The translations under genes were made by a program, and so were the position numbers. A DNA stretch of 60,789 bases, filler included, from Globobulimina sp. (Eukaryota): the NCBI GenBank assembly GCA_003354225.1. It is 12 parts of 12 records of this genome, joined end to end, with 100 filler letters (N's around TTAATTAATTAA, not from the genome) between each part and the next. Parts side by side here need not be neighbours in the genome. Positions count along the whole stretch, not along the records: positions 55,824 to 60,789 come from PIVH01000806.1; 11 more parts are not named here. One strand, given 5' to 3'. The notes beneath the pieces were generated by a model. It searched no databases, was not told the origin of the DNA, and saw only the letters and a program-made list of their open reading frames with translations. Every line of letters starts with the position of its first letter. Position 1 is the stretch's first letter. Shown here in pieces: positions 58,801-60,789 of the stretch.

Positions 58801-59124
58801 ACTGAATTTGTATCTGGTGGTCCAAAACAATATGGAATGAGAATATGGTCCACAAAAGAGAGAAAAATCAAGGAAGTGGTGAAAATTCGAGGTTTCACAA
58901 TAAACAGTACAACAGCCAACAAATTGAACTTTCAGACACTCAGAAATATGGTCAAACTCTTTGTTGAAAATGGTGCGAAGGAATTGGTGAATGTTATAAT
59001 TGACAAAATTGAAAGAACACCAGAACGGAACATTGTGACAAGAACAATGAAGAAAACTTACAGAGTAGTTTATGATAAACGTGTAGTTTTGTCTGATGGA
59101 AATACTTTACCTTTTGGTTATTGA
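55825..59124 (+). CDS. polB: Protein-primed family B DNA polymerase (pPolB), 5'-truncated
   Basis: Exo I FFDFETTQ, Exo II AHNAKGFD, Exo III YCKMDV; Pol A YIDICSLYP, Pol B KLCLNSFWGKFGQ, Pol C YFDTDSVIY; N-terminal Cys clusters. Frame open from the contig start. Confidence 0.97.
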   Translation, partial: HRDWLQRNRARKLMEDAGLANHQGPCGIEELGKIQAVLSNYQIKLYSKDSMNAKVFSGPETDSTNVLNLYHYFNHYCVITSMAAFVGRAFWCEACEKGYEHKEKHKCEANCRCCLRKDAPCKFVEWIECKDCSRLFVSQECYENHKREDRQNGTKRQKIKSVCKIMQKCKQCGKTIYDSKKHVCGQTYCNNCKDYAQENHLCYIKKVVESDKEKKKDPSFIFFDFETTQDTDIGESDYGKIFQHKVNCCVSLKTCSKCKKDMEAPCSSCGDSKQKHQTFLGQNCLVEFCEYLFSEKNVGCTAIAHNAKGFDAQFLLKHMYDQAVVPQVLHRGLQIIQLEFEGIRVIDSLNFLPMALSAIPKAFGLQVAKGYFPHKFNKQENWNYEGELPDAYFYGPGDMKPEDRDIFYKWHINKDREMKKSGLLFKLQTELPKYCKMDVKVLAEGSMEFRDSFIKISGVDPLKSCTTIASACSLVFRRNFVIPETIGIVPDKGYRKHERQSIKAIKFLKWYTHIHDLSSQGKYIQHARNQGEFSVGKYKVDGLLCTLEGENLKKIFEFNGCAFHGCKKCFRDPHTVLPSGLQANEAYERTVQRRMYLERQGYEVEEIWECQADEMLKQDPEMQDFFRSVDIQEPMDPREAFYGGRTNATRLYYKIMRGEKLSYIDICSLYPWVSKCGEFPIGHPIIITDNFKPVTKESQPYRGLIKCRVKPPRGLLHPILPLRSGNKLCFPLCRTCTDERSSETCQHSEEERAFTGSWCTLELYKALELGYEVLEIFEVWHYSKWAKYDGVDPESGLFTQYINTFLKIKQEASGWPSWAKSDEEKEKYIKDYYQAEGITLDPEKIVLNKGLRQIAKLCLNSFWGKFGQRNNLSKTTFFNDPAPYFDTVCDPTNEIASVKILNDKLVSVTYQKAEEFIESLPHTSPVIAAYTTAQARLKLYTYIEKLQDRVCYFDTDSVIYVTRPSDTYKPSTGDFLGEMTDELKEYGDGSYITEFVSGGPKQYGMRIWSTKERKIKEVVKIRGFTINSTTANKLNFQTLRNMVKLFVENGAKELVNVIIDKIERTPERNIVTRTMKKTYRVVYDKRVVLSDGNTLPFGY

Positions 59125-59186
59125 TTGTTCAATAAAATGTAATATCTGTATAAGAATAAACAAAACATTTAAAAATTAAAATAATA

Positions 59187-59708
59187 ATGGAATCGATTAA
59201 AATTGCTCAAATATGCAAATCTGACCCTGTTATAAGAAAGGTCTTTTGCGGAGTTTTACCTAGCGATTGTCTTCCTAAACGTTCCGTCCTTCCTGCGGCA
59301 TACATATGCAATACAGATCCAAAACATAAGTCGGGAACTCATTGGATTTCTATCTATATAGATCATGAGGGTTGTGGCGACTATTTTGATTCTTATGGAA
59401 GGCCCCCATTAGAAATGTTTAAACGTTTTATGAACGATAATTGTATCGAATGGAATTACTCTGGGAAGAGACTGCAAGCCCCGTTAACCTCAGTATGTGG
59501 CCAATACTGTATCTGTTTTCTTAATAAAAGATGTCGCAATAACAAAATGCAAAACATTTTGAGCATGTTCAGCTCAAATTTGTTCCGGAATGATGAAACA
59601 GTTGTTAAATTTGTCAACGAACACTACGATGTCAACACTAAAATTATTGAAGTCGAATTCATCGTCAACCAAATATCGAAAGCGCTCAAAGAAGCGGAAA
59701 TAAAATGA
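59187..59708 (+). CDS. Adenain-like cysteine (capsid maturation) protease
   Basis: NTDPKHKSGTHW...YFDSYG...LQAPLTSVCGQYC, carrying the catalytic His, Asp, Gln and Cys. Confidence 0.93.
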   Translation: MESIKIAQICKSDPVIRKVFCGVLPSDCLPKRSVLPAAYICNTDPKHKSGTHWISIYIDHEGCGDYFDSYGRPPLEMFKRFMNDNCIEWNYSGKRLQAPLTSVCGQYCICFLNKRCRNNKMQNILSMFSSNLFRNDETVVKFVNEHYDVNTKIIEVEFIVNQISKALKEAEIK

Positions 59709-59836
59709 GAAGCTATGAGAAAACGTTTTGTGATACGATTTGTTTTAATCAATTTTATTTTTTGTAAAACATTTTTATATTATAAACATAAAAAACTTTT
59801 CATTGGATGTCCCTAATCACACTAACCACATATAAG

Positions 59837-60789
59837 TTATACACTGTAATCAAAAAATATGTTTCTATTCCTATCGATACTTACAAGATTATCGAATTCT
59901 GCATATACAATCATTTCTATACCACCAGCTGGCACATCGTCTCCAAATTGGATGTCGATCGATGTGCTACCTTCACGAAGCAACTCCCAATGTGACCCAT
60001 CTTGTTCATCTGGAGTAAGATCAAAAACAAACAGACAATGACTGTTCTTAAAATCTTTCATTGTTATGCAATTTCCTGTATCTTCTTTAGAATTACCCAA
60101 GCTTTCGAATAACTGGACATAGGGTCTGACATACTGATTTTGCCCAAAATTCATTTCTAATGGATTTCTTGGATAAACAACACCGCCAGCTGTTACTTTA
60201 GCATTGGTGACAGAGTAATTGCCAAAAACAAAAGGAGACTTTTTGTAATTACCATAGTAAGCATCGGAATCAACAAAACCGATAACCAAACGTCTAGGTA
60301 TTTGACCATTAAACATTGTGTTATTAGGTGTGGATCGTCGACCTGGTGCTACATGTGCCTTTCTCATTACAACACGCCGAATGGGATATTTAGCTGTATA
60401 TCGTTGAAGAGCAGTTTCCAATCCCATTTGTACAGATCTTAAAACTTCGACCTTACGAATATGCCAGGAAACATCCATAATTTCTAGTTTGTAGGCTTCA
60501 GGAGCATCCGCAAAACAGAGTAGAGCAAAGGGGTCAGGGTTCCTGTGCAATTCGAGTTGAATTTCTGTATTGTCCAACATGAGACGATCCGACATGAAGA
60601 GATCCCCATGAATAGGTGCCATCATTTCAACTTCATAATTAGTTGGATCTTTAAAAAACCGTTCCCGTCGTTTTACAAAACCCTGATTACCATTCACATT
60701 CACATTCTCACCATCAGCGACAGGTTTGTCTTTGTAATAGAGCGCAGCTCCGAGCTGTGACTGTTTTGCTCCCAAATCATAATTTAGCT
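59837..60789 (-). CDS. Polinton major capsid protein (double jelly-roll, PY), 5'-truncated
   Basis: LNY...K.SQL, PIHGDLF...L.L.RN...F.L, AKYPIRRV, GQIPRRLVIGFV...G...KSPF.F, LFVFDLTPD and IVYAEFDN...ID..RN motifs; adjacent to the protease and pPolB. Confidence 0.88.
   Translation of the reverse strand, partial: LNYDLGAKQSQLGAALYYKDKPVADGENVNVNGNQGFVKRRERFFKDPTNYEVEMMAPIHGDLFMSDRLMLDNTEIQLELHRNPDPFALLCFADAPEAYKLEIMDVSWHIRKVEVLRSVQMGLETALQRYTAKYPIRRVVMRKAHVAPGRRSTPNNTMFNGQIPRRLVIGFVDSDAYYGNYKKSPFVFGNYSVTNAKVTAGGVVYPRNPLEMNFGQNQYVRPYVQLFESLGNSKEDTGNCITMKDFKNSHCLFVFDLTPDEQDGSHWELLREGSTSIDIQFGDDVPAGGIEMIVYAEFDNLVSIDRNRNIFFDYSV

Larger units (their letters stand above)
55824..60789. mobile_element. 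Internal fragment of a Polinton/Maverick (adintovirus-like) element
   Basis: Three intronless, tightly packed hallmark genes: pPolB, adenain protease and major capsid protein. TIRs and integrase are outside the contig. Confidence 0.95.

Overview
This is not one locus. It is 12 unrelated eukaryotic contigs of 4980-4966 bp, sorted by decreasing length and joined by artificial 100-nt linkers (44 N + TTAATTAATTAA + 44 N). Gene order is meaningful only within a contig. Most contigs are AT-rich and gene-dense, with short (about 54-112 nt) GT-AG introns and very short intergenic spacers. The gene style suggests a protist, probably a foraminiferan/rhizarian (inference). Recognisable genes: 7TM receptor-like protein, SREK1IP1-like zinc-knuckle protein, large RING protein, LysM/UBA-like protein, 4xSPRY-C2 protein, multi-WSC protein, G-alpha, GT90 and GT61 glycosyltransferases, EF-hand protein, MATH-BTB (SPOP-like) protein, MLH3, acyl-CoA dehydrogenase, inositol 5-phosphatase, mitochondrial carrier and KCTD-type BTB-TLDc protein. 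Mobile DNA: a two-ORF LINE (APE endonuclease), an RNase H LINE remnant, two MITE-like elements and a Polinton/Maverick fragment (pPolB, adenain protease, major capsid protein). The best novelty candidate is a giant secreted Asp/Tyr/Glu-rich protein (45688-49812). It has repeated two-Cys modules, RxL-type processing sites and a Lys/His-rich block, and may be a shell/cement matrix precursor. Other notable items: a bacterial-like ACAD with an intron and a PTS1-like tail, two neighbouring genes sharing a duplicated 3' end, a duplicated G-alpha start forming a uORF, and kb-scale sawtooth base skew inside ORFs. No rRNA, tRNA or CRISPR array was seen. All family calls come from motif recognition by eye; no searches were run.
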